NCBI RefSeq assembly: GCF_006345805.1
Contig: NC_042999.1
Location: 93,930,001-93,994,000 of the forward strand
Length of the DNA stretch: 64,000 nucleotides
Direction of reading: 5' to 3'
Source of the DNA: Octopus sinensis
Taxonomy: Eukaryota
The notes beneath the pieces were generated by a model. That model had not been told where the DNA came from, searched no databases, and saw nothing but the letters and a program-made list of their open reading frames with translations. Made by a program: the position numbers and the translations under genes. This document shows positions 12,738-24,833 of the stretch, one piece after another. Each line of letters opens with the position of its first letter. Position 1 is the stretch's first letter.

Positions 12738-13811
12738 ACACATCCAAGGCTGTTTGACAGATTCTATTTTCTTCGACTGGCTAACACGACAACTGAACAA
12801 AAATATTGTTAGCTTCACAACTTTTGGATCTCTCATATATGTCAACCATCGTAGAGAAACACCTCTTTCTTTTTCATTTCTTCTTACGTCTTTCTTTCTG
12901 TCTTCTTTTTTCTCTCTAACCAAGCTTCCAAAAATCGCTCGCACACATATATACACATGCACATATAGACATAGATTTATACACACATAAATAAATTCGA
13001 AATAAAGTATATCTCAAAAACTCCCAAAACATCCTCTTTCCAAAGCCGAAGGAAACAGACCGAATTCCATATATTTTCAAGTATCACACATATATATCAA
13101 AGTTATGATTTTTGTATAAATATACCACTAATGATGCATCTCTCAAAAGAAATGAGAGCGCAAATTAAATAATCTTTATCCAAATCATGACTATTTTTAC
13201 TTAATATATAAAATCTGTACAGCACTTCATTCAAACAATCTAATGTGCATATCTATGCATGCACCGATCCATTAGTCCATACATATATGCGTACACATAG
13301 ACATTGACACATTTATGCATATATATTACACCTCGTGTGTATAGGTAGTTGTACGACTGTTACTGTTTAGCTTAAAGTACTACGTAATCATAATCTTGTC
13401 TGGTTTATGCTATTAGTGTAGTGAGTCGTATTACAATTATGATGTTCAGACTAAGCGTAAGAGCAATTACGATAATCACATGTTAGTATCATTTGTTCCC
13501 ACCAACGTTTCCCATTTTGATTCGTTGGGACGCTACATTGAATAATCCGAGAGCAGCTATTCAAAGTGCATATAGACGCTTAACAACAATAGATAATTGG
13601 TGGGCACTATATCCCTTTATGAACAAATTTCTCTTGAGATTTTTTCTCAGTAATATAAGGCAAAATAGTGGATCCCGAAGATTTGCTGTGGTTAAGAGTC
13701 CAATTGTCCTTGCAACATCCAGTATATAGTTCCAAACAAACATACGCGATCGGGAATCGTACGTAGGAACAAGGGATATAAACTTTTGTTTTATGTAATT
13801 CTATATATATG

Positions 13812-13885
<74 letters not shown>

Positions 13886-13997
13886 GAGAGAGCAAGAAAG
13901 GGAGATATGGTGATATATATATATATATATACAATAGATAGATATGCGTACGAGAATCTTTCTGTGTGGATATATGTGTATAAATATGGATTTTATA

Positions 13998-14077
<80 letters not shown>

Positions 14078-15789
14078 TACATATACACACGCATATGCAC
14101 GCTGCACACGCACTTACACTCGCTGAAATATAGTTTCGTATTTATATATCACAACGTAAAGACAACTTACTTTGATGTGAATATTGATTGCCTCATAATG
14201 TGATAGGTTTACATTGTCAGAAATATATTTGTTAAGATGTAGCTGTTATTGTTCATTGACCAAAAGAAAACATGGAATCAAATTGACAATAATTGAAAGA
14301 AAATTATGACTCACCACCATATATTATTTCGCTGTGTTTCAACGAACAACTTTGCTTTTGTTAAACAGAAATATGTGATTAATGGCCTTCCGTAATCGAT
14401 AACAATTCATGATTGATTACTACTTCAATGTACGTATATTTTGATATATTCATGGCATTCTCTCGTATTGTTTCATTTATTACTTTTTTTTTGTTAATCT
14501 AAAATGATACACGTTTGAATTGTATAAATATATTGATGGCTTCCATTTTCTTGTCTTTACTTATTATTACGTTCAAGAGACATCATTTTCAATCACTGTC
14601 ACTTTGAAGTTTTTCATATTCATTATGACAACTGTCCAACTACATAGACATACCGACATATTTTTACATCAATTTACTTTCTATGTATTTAAAAGAAACT
14701 TTTATATTTTACCTTTTTTCTGTTTTACTGAATCTCAATGTATTTATGGCCAACTGCACATGATGAAGTGATTGCTATGCAATGCGGGTATGAACTAGCC
14801 ACAATAGAAAATAATTCCTTCCTGACACCTGGTGAAGCAATTTTATTCCTTTTAAATCATATATCCTACGTAGATTGGCACGGCTATTGTGAAATTCCGT
14901 TTCTTCCCCTTCATATTTGATTTATTTTATTCTTAGCACATGCTTGTTTATGATTTTTAGACTACCGTTAGGAAACCTTAGTGTCACTTGATTACTGATG
15001 TTAAAATCAGCATTCTACACACACAATTTACATGACCTGCAACATTATTGTCACCAGAAAGCATTTATTTCATTTACGAAGAGAAAATACTTAGCCCCAA
15101 ATCAGTCACTGTTATACCTAGGAATTTAACGCCACACGATTGCAATTAGGCTTTTCAAATTTAGACAGTTATATTGCAATTTTATATAACGAACATAGAT
15201 TCTCGGCGAATTGAATTCGCTGTTTCAAATTACATGAAGTGAATCGTCTTAATATTGTCTTACGTACTTCTGAAACTGAACTAGGTTATCATGCGTGACA
15301 GTTTGATATATTCAGTGAAATCTCCGTTACAGGTAACTAAAACAGTATCTTGAACAATGTACGACCGGTGGATTCAGCAATTACTGAACAAAATTCATTG
15401 CTCTATAGGCTAAAGGCTACCATGATCATATAGATTTATTTATTTTGTTACATCAAAAGATACAAGGTTCCCTGATTTTAAGCATGATTTTCCAGTTACA
15501 TAATTTCCAATACTATACACGACATTTTCTAAGAGGTCTCATGTAATTTGATATTCTACATTTCACTGACTAAGCCGACTAAGCTTATATGTTATCTGTC
15601 GAAACAACAATTTGCTTTGTTTTTTTTTTCTGATGTTCAGTGAATCCAAAGGATAATATTACGTTTGACATCATTGTCATTCTGTAAATGAACGCAAATT
15701 GTTTGAACAGCTCTTTGACACCTTGCAATTGTAGCCTAGCAGCAATTTACCTCTTGCTATATGACATAGACTAATTCTTGCTATATAAC

Positions 15790-17930
15790 AGAGACTACTA
15801 TGAGAGGCCACATTAGAGCGGGCTGTCCTCTACCACCCGAGAAGAATAAAGTGAAACACGAGAGCGAGAAGGAAATTACAACTTCACCACCGACGAAAAC
15901 CAGTACCAGCGTCGAGGAGGAAAAAGTCAGCGAGGAAAGGAACAGATGAGAAGTGGCTGGGGAGAAAAGAAGAAAGAGAAGAAAAAATTACACGTTGTAA
16001 ATGATGACCCCCATCCCACACCTATCCGAGATTAAAGGATTGTGAGGAAGACTGAGTGGTGGGTCAAGAACAGGCAAGCTATTTTGCAGAACGGGTAAAC
16101 TATTTTGAGATTTTAAAGAAATATAATACAGACATTTTGTTTAAAAGTGGAAATTAGCTTTTGCAAATGGTGATGATAATGGTGTTGTAAAATAGTGTCT
16201 TATAAAAGATGCATTAACAGTTTCAATGAGGTCAAACGACTTCATTTCACCTTTCATTATATTTAATTCATCCTTGTGCTGTCCCCTCTATGTACAGCTT
16301 TCGTGGTCAATTTCATAAAATAAAGAATCTTGCTTCCGGTTGAAGACTTCGGTCGTGCTTTTTTTTCTTGTGCTCTATTAGTTGGCATTTTTATTGTTGA
16401 AACTCTGTTATTTATTGTAAACTATTATTGTTGAATATTGTTATTGTAAACTGTTGCCAGCTTGCAGATTTTGTTGGACTATATATTTCTCGGAATTCTG
16501 GGGAATACCGGGAAATTTGGCTCTGCATCCCAAATTGTGGCAGCGAGAACAGCCTTGGACCGGCACTTCAAAACCACACATGAGGGATGCAGGGTTCGGG
16601 CTAAAGTACGTACATTAGGCCGCGAAGGAATTAATGTTGCTGGGTGAGCCTGTACGGCAGAGACCCAGCGTGGCAACGATTCCATAATCAAGTCTTTCAT
16701 TGACGAAAATGAACGTTTATTAAAAGGACAGGAGGAGATATGTGAGGCGCTTTACAAGCACTTCGCTGAGTTGTCCGGGAGGTGCGGGACGCTAGACCAT
16801 GGTGAGACCCCACGGACTTCTTGGCTGGTGGCCCGCATCCCTCGGTGCGAGAAGCTGAGTGCTGTGAGGGGGCAATTAGAGCTGCGGAGTTGATCGAGAT
16901 GCTATCCGAGTGCCCCGATGACAAGTCACTGTCTCTTCATTGTCTACCGTATGAGTTTTACAAAAGTATGCCAAACGAAGACCTAGGCTGGGGGATAGGC
17001 AACAGAAAACCGTCAGGCACTCCAGCTACTCTCTCCGGGCGGGCAATACAGGCAAAAGGCGTCCCACTGCGGATTGCCATAGCGGGTTAGCGGAATTTAT
17101 GTCAGACGATGTCCCGGGGAAGTCCATGGCCTTCGATTGAAATCAGTTGATCAACTCTTCGGGAAAACATTCTGGCAATGTTATATGGAAAATTACCACA
17201 AATCCCTAGCTTGGCAGTGGTATTGTTCGACTTTGAGTGTTCGAGACAAGTTGTCAAGGCACGGAAGTGCCGTCTCGCCGAGATGCCCGAGGTGCGGGCG
17301 AGACAGAGAAACTGCCTTGCATACCGTCATGGAGTGTCCGGAATTATCGGGACTGACAGCTTTTGTTGAGCAGCTGTTGTCAACAATGGGAAGATTACAG
17401 CTATCGGTTGAGTCTATTATCAAGATTTGTGCCACCCACTTCCCTTAGCAGGGAGAGGAAGGGTTGTTTTTTCTGCGTAGTAGCCATACTGAAAGAAACA
17501 ATATGGAAGAGGTGTATAAGAGGTAGAGTGACGAGTACCTTAGTCTCCGGCCAGAGGTTAGGTGAGTTCCTTAGTTACCACCGCGATAGCTGGAGAAGAG
17601 GTACAGGCTTGAGAAAAGATGGAAGCAAGTAGGGAACAAGCTACGAGTACCTAGAACCAGGTAAGTGGGTCCAGAAGGAAAAGTAAAGGTTCAAACCTGG
17701 CGGTGGATGTCTTTCCTGCAGGCACACATTACAAAATTTGCAATTATTATCAAGTTTATATTGAAATTTTGAAAAGGAAAACAAGATATAATTTTTAACA
17801 GCATGACATTTACATTTTATCATTCGACTGTTTCATTCGTAATAAGCCACTTCTTCAACTTCTATGTCTGGCTCTCCTTGTTTGTCCCATCTATGTACGG
17901 CTTCGATAGCCAATTTATGAAATAAAGGAG
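15790..17930 (+). mobile_element. Decayed L1/Tx1-like LINE: ORF1 zinc-knuckle relic, ORF2 linker and C-terminal zinc-binding region, RT core missing
   Basis: RGHIRAGCP knuckle remnant at ~15803; RTALDRHF..HEGCRVRAKVR and EGAIRAAELIEMLSECPDDKSLSLHCLPYEFYKSMP (EN-RT linker) at 16545-16975; AWQWYCSTLSVRDKLSRHGSAVSPRCPRCGRDRETALHTVMECP (zf-RVT-like) at ~17205-17340; frameshifts and stops present. Confidence 0.8.
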
Positions 17931-18290
17931 CTTGCTTCCTAGCCACACGTGTCACCTTAGGCGAGTATCTCCTACTTTAAACTCAAGCCAGAACCTCGTG
18001 AGTGGATTCGGTAGATTCGGTAGATGGCGACTGAAAGAAGCTCGCCATATATATACGTGAGTGTATATGTTTATGTGTGTCTGTGCTTGCCCCCCCCCCC
18101 TAAAAACTATCACTTGACAATCAATGTTAGTATGTTTACGTCTCCGAAACTTAGCTGTTCGGCAAAATAGACCTATAAAATAAGTACTAGGCTTACAGAG
18201 AATAAGTCCTAGAATTGATTTGTTCGACTAAAGGCGGTACTCCTACACGGCTGCAGTCAAATGACTGAAAAAATAAGAGAATAAAAGTAA
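17925..18290 (+). mobile_element. SINE, family ending aaggcggtgctccagcatggcc(g/a)cagtcaaatgactgaaac
   Basis: Shares body and tail motifs with copies at 48680-49145, 53010-53370, 32490-32845, 56215-56510 and 63240-63365. Confidence 0.8.
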
Positions 18291-18339
18291 AAATATCTAC
18301 ATACATACGTATATACATTCATATTCATACCAATAATAA

Positions 18340-18500
18340 TTCGAGTGCTAGGTTTTGTTAGTAAATGCTTAAAGGAAAATTTGGATAAAGTGGATTTTCA
18401 GAAAGAGAAATCGACCGGCTAAATCGTACATTACAAGTGCAAGTTGTGAGTGGAACAGTAAAAATATGCACGACATTTCTCAAGTTCCAAATATGAATTT
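18340..18500 (+). mobile_element. 3' end of an R2-group (RLE) non-LTR retrotransposon
   Basis: Translation (one frameshift) VLGFVSKCLKENLDK.GFSEREIDRLNRTLQVQVVSGTVKICTTFLKFQI* resembles the C-terminus after the restriction-like endonuclease. Confidence 0.55.
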
Positions 18501-19342
18501 ATCACTGTTAACTACGTACCAAAAATTGAGCCTTGTGTGTTTGTAGAAGACTTATAATAATTAAAAAATAGAATAGACAGACATACATACATTCAGACAC
18601 ATGTATACATGCATACATACATATATACGTACATGTATTAAAGGACAGAAAGAAAGAGATAAATGGTTTCATATATATACATAACAAGTGCCAAAACTAA
18701 TGAAACCGTATTTACGTCTTGAATTGTCATCAACTTCTACCATCCCAAATATAGACCGCATGTTCAGTTTCATTCCGTCTTTCTGTCTGTTTTCCCTTTC
18801 TACTTTCCTTTCACTTTTTTCTTCCTCTCAGCAAGCCTCCAGAAATTCACTATACAGAGGTACTTACACGTACATACAAACATACATAGACACATTTATA
18901 CACTTACATACAGATTGAAAATAACAAAAAAGATTCTCCACCACATTCAACTCCAGAATTCTTCAACTAGCTCACATGTAAACAAAACATAGATTTTCAG
19001 GAAATATAGGATTTCTGAGGCTTCTCAGAAAACAGATGAGGGCACTAAATAAATGATTAACCATAATCTGTAAATCACTTCAAACAATGTAATAAATACA
19101 TACATAAATATATATGTGTACGTGCGTGTGCATGTGTGTGCCCATGTGTGTGTGTTTGTGTGTGCGAGTGAATGCGTTCGTGTGTGTGTGTGTATGTTTG
19201 TCTGTGACAAGGCATTGGCTTAGTGGTTAGAGTATTGCGTTTACGATCCTTAAAAGAATGAAAGAATAACAGAATATGTGTATACCTATATGTGTGTGTG
19301 TATATATATATATTTATATTCATATATGCTTACATACATTTG

Positions 19343-19389
<47 letters not shown>

Positions 19390-19409
19390 CACACACACAC
19401 ACGCACACG

Positions 19410-19482
<73 letters not shown>

Positions 19483-20655
19483 CATATATATGTATACATA
19501 ATTTGAAAGATATTCTCACAAGACAAGGGATATGAAAGAAGTAAAGAATGCGTTTTTCGTCTTGCAGTTAATTACACTAAGGGATTTTATTACAACGAAA
19601 TAATTTTAAAATGCAATAATCTGCATTGAAAAATATGTTATCATAATCAAATTTATTAAAACCGCCTTATTATGTATTCGAAGATGTATCTTGTCTAAAA
19701 CTCATTACTACAATCAAATCATTTCAAGATTATGTATTCCAAATAAAAATTTTTACATTCAAATTACTTGAAATTATATTATTAAGCACTCAAAGGCCCA
19801 TAAGAACAAAAATACATTATAAAATATTCCAGAATTCCTAAATATACGCCGCTTTCCCTTCCTATAAACATTCCTTGTAATATATGTGTCTAAGGACCTG
19901 TTTTTTGTCTTCATTTAGCATTTACCGCTCTAACCAGAAGCAGTCTCGATATATAATGGGAAAAGATATATGAAGTACTGTTAGACACGTTACGGAACCC
20001 CTATTTTGTAGAGCCGTAAACCATTGTACTTTAGGTATTCAAAATCATATGGGAAGTCTATTTAATGAATACGTAACAACTAATATAATTGTTAGAAATT
20101 AGTTCATGAATTAAATTGTAATATCTTAAATTGAAAAAAAAAACGTTTCTTTATTGTGCAAAGGTTCAATCTGCAAAATATATGATACAAGACAGAATGA
20201 ATAGAGAAACTTAAATGAATCCAAATCGAACGCCTTTACACAAGATCATTGCAATGAATATGTTATATAAAGAAAGAGAACCGGTTAGTAAGTTTTGTAG
20301 TTTGGAAAAGTTAATTGTGTATTTTTGTACTTATGTGATTTAGAGTGGGAAATAATGTTGATATTAAATTAGAAAATCTATCTGAATATAAAAAGTGTGA
20401 TTTCGAATAAGTTATCTTCAATTGATTTGACTCTACTAATGTCTGGTTATGGTATGATTCATATTTTGCGGTGTATTATGATGTACATTCATAAATATTA
20501 TATTTTGAAGAGGTTTGTCATAACGTACTTTGTAATAAATTAACTGCATTGAAAACAGAGTGGCAGATTTCTTATTGGCATAAAGATATATATATATTGT
20601 TTCCTTGTATATAATTGTATGTATATGTATATGTATATATATGTATATATATATA

Positions 20656-20700
<45 letters not shown>

Positions 20701-20793
20701 AAATATTATTCGAGACAAAACCACTATTTTGCAAAACAAACAAGGAAAGACTTAATCAATACATAAAATTTTAATAAATAGTCAAAAAAACCG

Positions 20794-20836
20794 CCACTAC
20801 AATCGTTTCTTGTCTTGATCGACAATCTTCAGGTGG
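20794..20836 (-). ncRNA. Minimal type I hammerhead ribozyme (left-arm copy)
   Basis: Exact reverse complement of 24791-24833. Confidence 0.88.
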
Positions 20837-23800
20837 ACTTCCAATCTAAAAAATCAATATTTTAAAATATAAAAATAATAATTTTAAAATAATTAAAGTA
20901 TGAATGAAAAATATAAGTATATAATCCATATATAACCTATCTATAATCCATATATAAACAATATATAAACAATATATAAACTAAAAAAACCTCTCAACAA
21001 TTAAATATAAAATATAAAATATAAAATATAAAATATAAAATATAAAATATAAAATATAAAATATAAAACAAAACAAAAAAAATAATAATAATATAATAAT
21101 AAACTATATATACACCCATACGCATATACCTAATTATATATAACCATATCTAACTACATACACTAAATCACACACCTATATATATATCCCTATACATACA
21201 CATAAAAATGTCTAGGCAACTATAAATAAATAAAATAGCTAAATACTTCAACACAATACTTATTCATACTCCCACACACACACACATACAACCCACATTC
21301 ACGCTCTAGAAAACGGACATCACTCAAAACTATGAACGGAGAAATGGAATAAATGGAATTAAAAATTATATTCACTTGGTAAAACGAACACTACTTAAAA
21401 ATTATGAATGAAACAATGCAATAAAACAACAGACATCGCAAATAGACACAAATTACTACAAATTCCTTATCAAACCTACCATGATAACCAAAACTCATAA
21501 AAACATATAATGATAAAATCTCCCTTTACTAAACTCTATAACAAATCTATATAGCAATCCCCCTAACCTAAACATTCACACACAAATACACACACGTAAA
21601 CCACACACCCACGACATATACAAATACCCACACCACTTACACATACCAATACAAACATATAAACCTCAACATATACTCCAAAAACCCACTCAACCCCACA
21701 CAGACAAATAAACACAAAAATTATGAATGGATTCTTTTATAAAACTACCATGATAAGCTAAAACTCACAAAACAGAAATGATAAAACCTCCCTTTACTAA
21801 ACACTAAAACATACTTATATAGCAATTCCTTAAACCTATACATTCACACACAAAACCACTCGTAAACCACACACCCATAACAAATACAAACTCCCACCCC
21901 ACTCACACACACCCAGAAGTACATATAAGCCTCAACATATACACCAAACAAAATTACTTTACCAAGGAACTTAACATATATATAAAAAGTATAACCGCTC
22001 TGGAAACGAACATCTCTAAATTAATGAATGGAGAAATGGAATAAATGGAATTAAAAATAAAATTCACGTGGCAAAACGAACACCACTCAAAAATTATGAA
22101 TGAAACAATATAATAAAACAACCAACATCGAAAATAGACAAATTACTACGAATTCCCTAAAAAAACCATGATAAACCAAAACTCTTAAAAAACATATAAC
22201 GATAAAATCTCCCTTTGCTAAACTCTATAACAAACCTATATAGTAATCCCCCTAACCTAAACATTCACACACAAACACACACGTAAACCACAGACCCACG
22301 ACTTATACACATACCTAAACTAACTTATAAACCTCCATATACACCAAAAACCCACTCCCTCCCACACAGACAAATTAACTCATACATCCCAAAACCTAAA
22401 TAACAAACCCATATACACATTCACACACAAACACACACACACGCAAAACACACACACACAACAGATACATATACTCCACCACATATACGCATATACATAC
22501 TCACTAAACTCAATATATACAACAATATTTACACACCCACACTCATACAGATAAATAAATTATACAACTAAAAACTCGCACACAATCTCATATACATAAC
22601 ACTCCTATGAAAACAACATTAAATACATCGTAATTAACCAGAATATCAAAAATAACAATATGACATAAAGGTAAATAAAATACATACTTACAATTCAGTG
22701 TCAAATTATGAAGTGAAATTAAATTCTTAGCCGTTAAAAAATCAAACCAAAATTACGTTACCATAGAAATAACTTATGTAAAAAAAGACTAACAAACAAC
22801 TGAGGTTTATAAGTTAGTATAGGTATGTGTATAAGTCGTGGGTCTGTGGTTTACGAGTGTGTATTTGTGTGTGAATGTTTAGGTTAGGGAGATTGCTATA
22901 TAGGTTTGATTTTGGTTTGATTTTGGTTTAATTTCACTTCATAATTTGACACTGAATTGTAAGTATGTATTTTATTTACCTTTATGTCATATTGTTATTT
23001 TTGATATTCTGGTTAATTACGATGTATTTAATGTTGTTTTCATAGGAGTGTTTATGTATATGAGATTGTGTGCGAGTTTTTAGTTGTATAATTTATTTAT
23101 CTGTATGAGTGTGGGTGTGTAAATATTGTTGTATATATTGAGTTTAGTGAGTATGTATATGCGTATATGTGGTGGAGTATATGTATCTGTTGTGTGTGTG
23201 TGTTTTGCGTGTGTGTGTGTTTGTGTGTGAATGTGTATATGGGTTTGTTATTTAGGTTTTGGGATGTATGAGTTAATTTGTCTGTGTGGGAGGGAGTGGG
23301 TTTTTGGTGTATATGGAGGTTTATAAGTTAGTTTAGGTATGTGTATAAGTCGTGGGTCTGTGGTTTACGTGTGTGTTTGTGTGTGAATGTTTAGGTTAGG
23401 GGGATTACTATATAGGTTTGTTATAGAGTTTAGCAAAGGGAGATTTTATCGTTATATGTTTTTTAAGAGTTTTGGTTTATCATGGTTTTTTAGGGAATTC
23501 GTAGTAATTGTCTATTTTCGATGTTGGTTGTTTTATTATATTGTTTCATTCATAATTTTTGAGTGGTGTTCGTTTTGCCACGTGAATTTTATTTTTAATT
23601 CCATTTATTCCATTTCTCCATTCATTAATTTAGAGATGTTCGTTTCCAGAGCGGTTATACTTTTTATATATATGTTAAGTTCCTTGGTAAAGTAATTTTG
23701 TTTTTGGTGTATATGTTGAGGCTTATATGTACTTCTGGGTGTGTGTGAGTGGGGTAGGAGTTTGTATTTGTTATGGGTGTGTGGTTTACGAGTGGTTTTG

Positions 23801-24790
23801 TGTGTGAATGTATAGGTTTAAGGAATTGCTATATAAGTATGTTTTAGTGTTTAGTAAAGGGAGGTTTTATCATTTCTGTTTTGTGAGTTTTAGCTTATCA
23901 TGGTAGTTTTATAAAAGAATCCATTCATAATTTTTTTGTGTTTATTTGTCTGTGTGGGGTTGAGTGGGTTTTTGGAGTATATGTTGAGGTTTATATGTTT
24001 GTATTGGTATGTGTAAGTGGTGTGGGTATTTGTATATGTCGTGGGTGTGTGGTTTACGTGTGTGTATTTGTGTGTGAATGTTTAGGTTAGGGGGATTGCT
24101 ATATAGGTTTGTTATAGAGTTTAGTAAAGGGAGATTTTATCATTATATGTTTTTATGAGTTTTGGTTATCATGGTAGGTTTGATAAGGAATTTGTAGTAA
24201 TTTGTGTCTATTTGCGATGTCTGTTGTTTTATTGCATTGTTTCATTCATAATGTTTAAGTAGTGTTCGTTTTACCAAGTGAATATAATTTTTAATTCCAT
24301 TTATTCCATTTCTCCGTTCATAGTTTTGAGTGATGTCCGTTTTCTAGAGCGTGAATGTGGGTTGTATGTGTGTGTGTGTGGGAGTATGAATAAGTATTGT
24401 GTTGAAGTATTTAGCTATTTTATTTATTTATAGTTGCCTAGACATTTTTATGTGTATGTATAGGGATATATATAGGTGTGTGATTTAGTGCATGTAGTTA
24501 GATATGGTTATATATAATTAGGTATATGCGTATGGGTGTATATATAGTTATTATTATATTATTATTATTTTTTTTGTTTTGTTTTATATTTTATATTTTA
24601 TATTTTATATTTTATATTTTATATTTAATTGTTGAGAGGTTTTTTTAGTTTATATATTGTTTATATTGTTTATATATGGATTATAGATAGGTTATATATG
24701 GATTATATACTTATATTTTTCATTCATACTTTAATTATTTTAAAATTATTATTTTTATATTTTAAAATATTGATTTTTTAGATTGGAAGT

Positions 24791-24833
24791 CCACCTGAAG
24801 ATTGTCGATCAAGACAAGAAACGATTGTAGTGG
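24791..24833 (+). ncRNA. Minimal type I hammerhead ribozyme (right-arm copy)
   Basis: CCAC-CUGAAGA-UUGUC-GAUCAA-GACAA-GAAAC-GAUU-GUA^-GUGG: intact core, 5-bp stem II, 4-bp stem I, very short stem III, as in PLE-associated minimal hammerheads. Confidence 0.88.

Noticed and set aside
13490-13790. Possible PLE thumb fragment ([17 protein letters not shown]); similar at 51290-51630
   Set aside because: Similarity is too short and weak to support a call by eye.
21300-22420. CRISPR-like repeat-spacer array
   Set aside because: Repeats are long, diverged and not separated by unique equal-length spacers; the context is eukaryotic and there are no cas genes.
22800-24500. Telomeric or subtelomeric repeat (G-rich strand with ttaggg-like words)
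   Set aside because: TTAGGG occurs only as isolated words within a complex subunit; there is no tandem telomeric array.
20880-24760. Bisulfite conversion or RIP-like hypermutation as the cause of C/G depletion
   Set aside because: C remains in all contexts on the C-poor strand, the hammerhead is intact, and subunit differences go in both directions; not supportable from this window.
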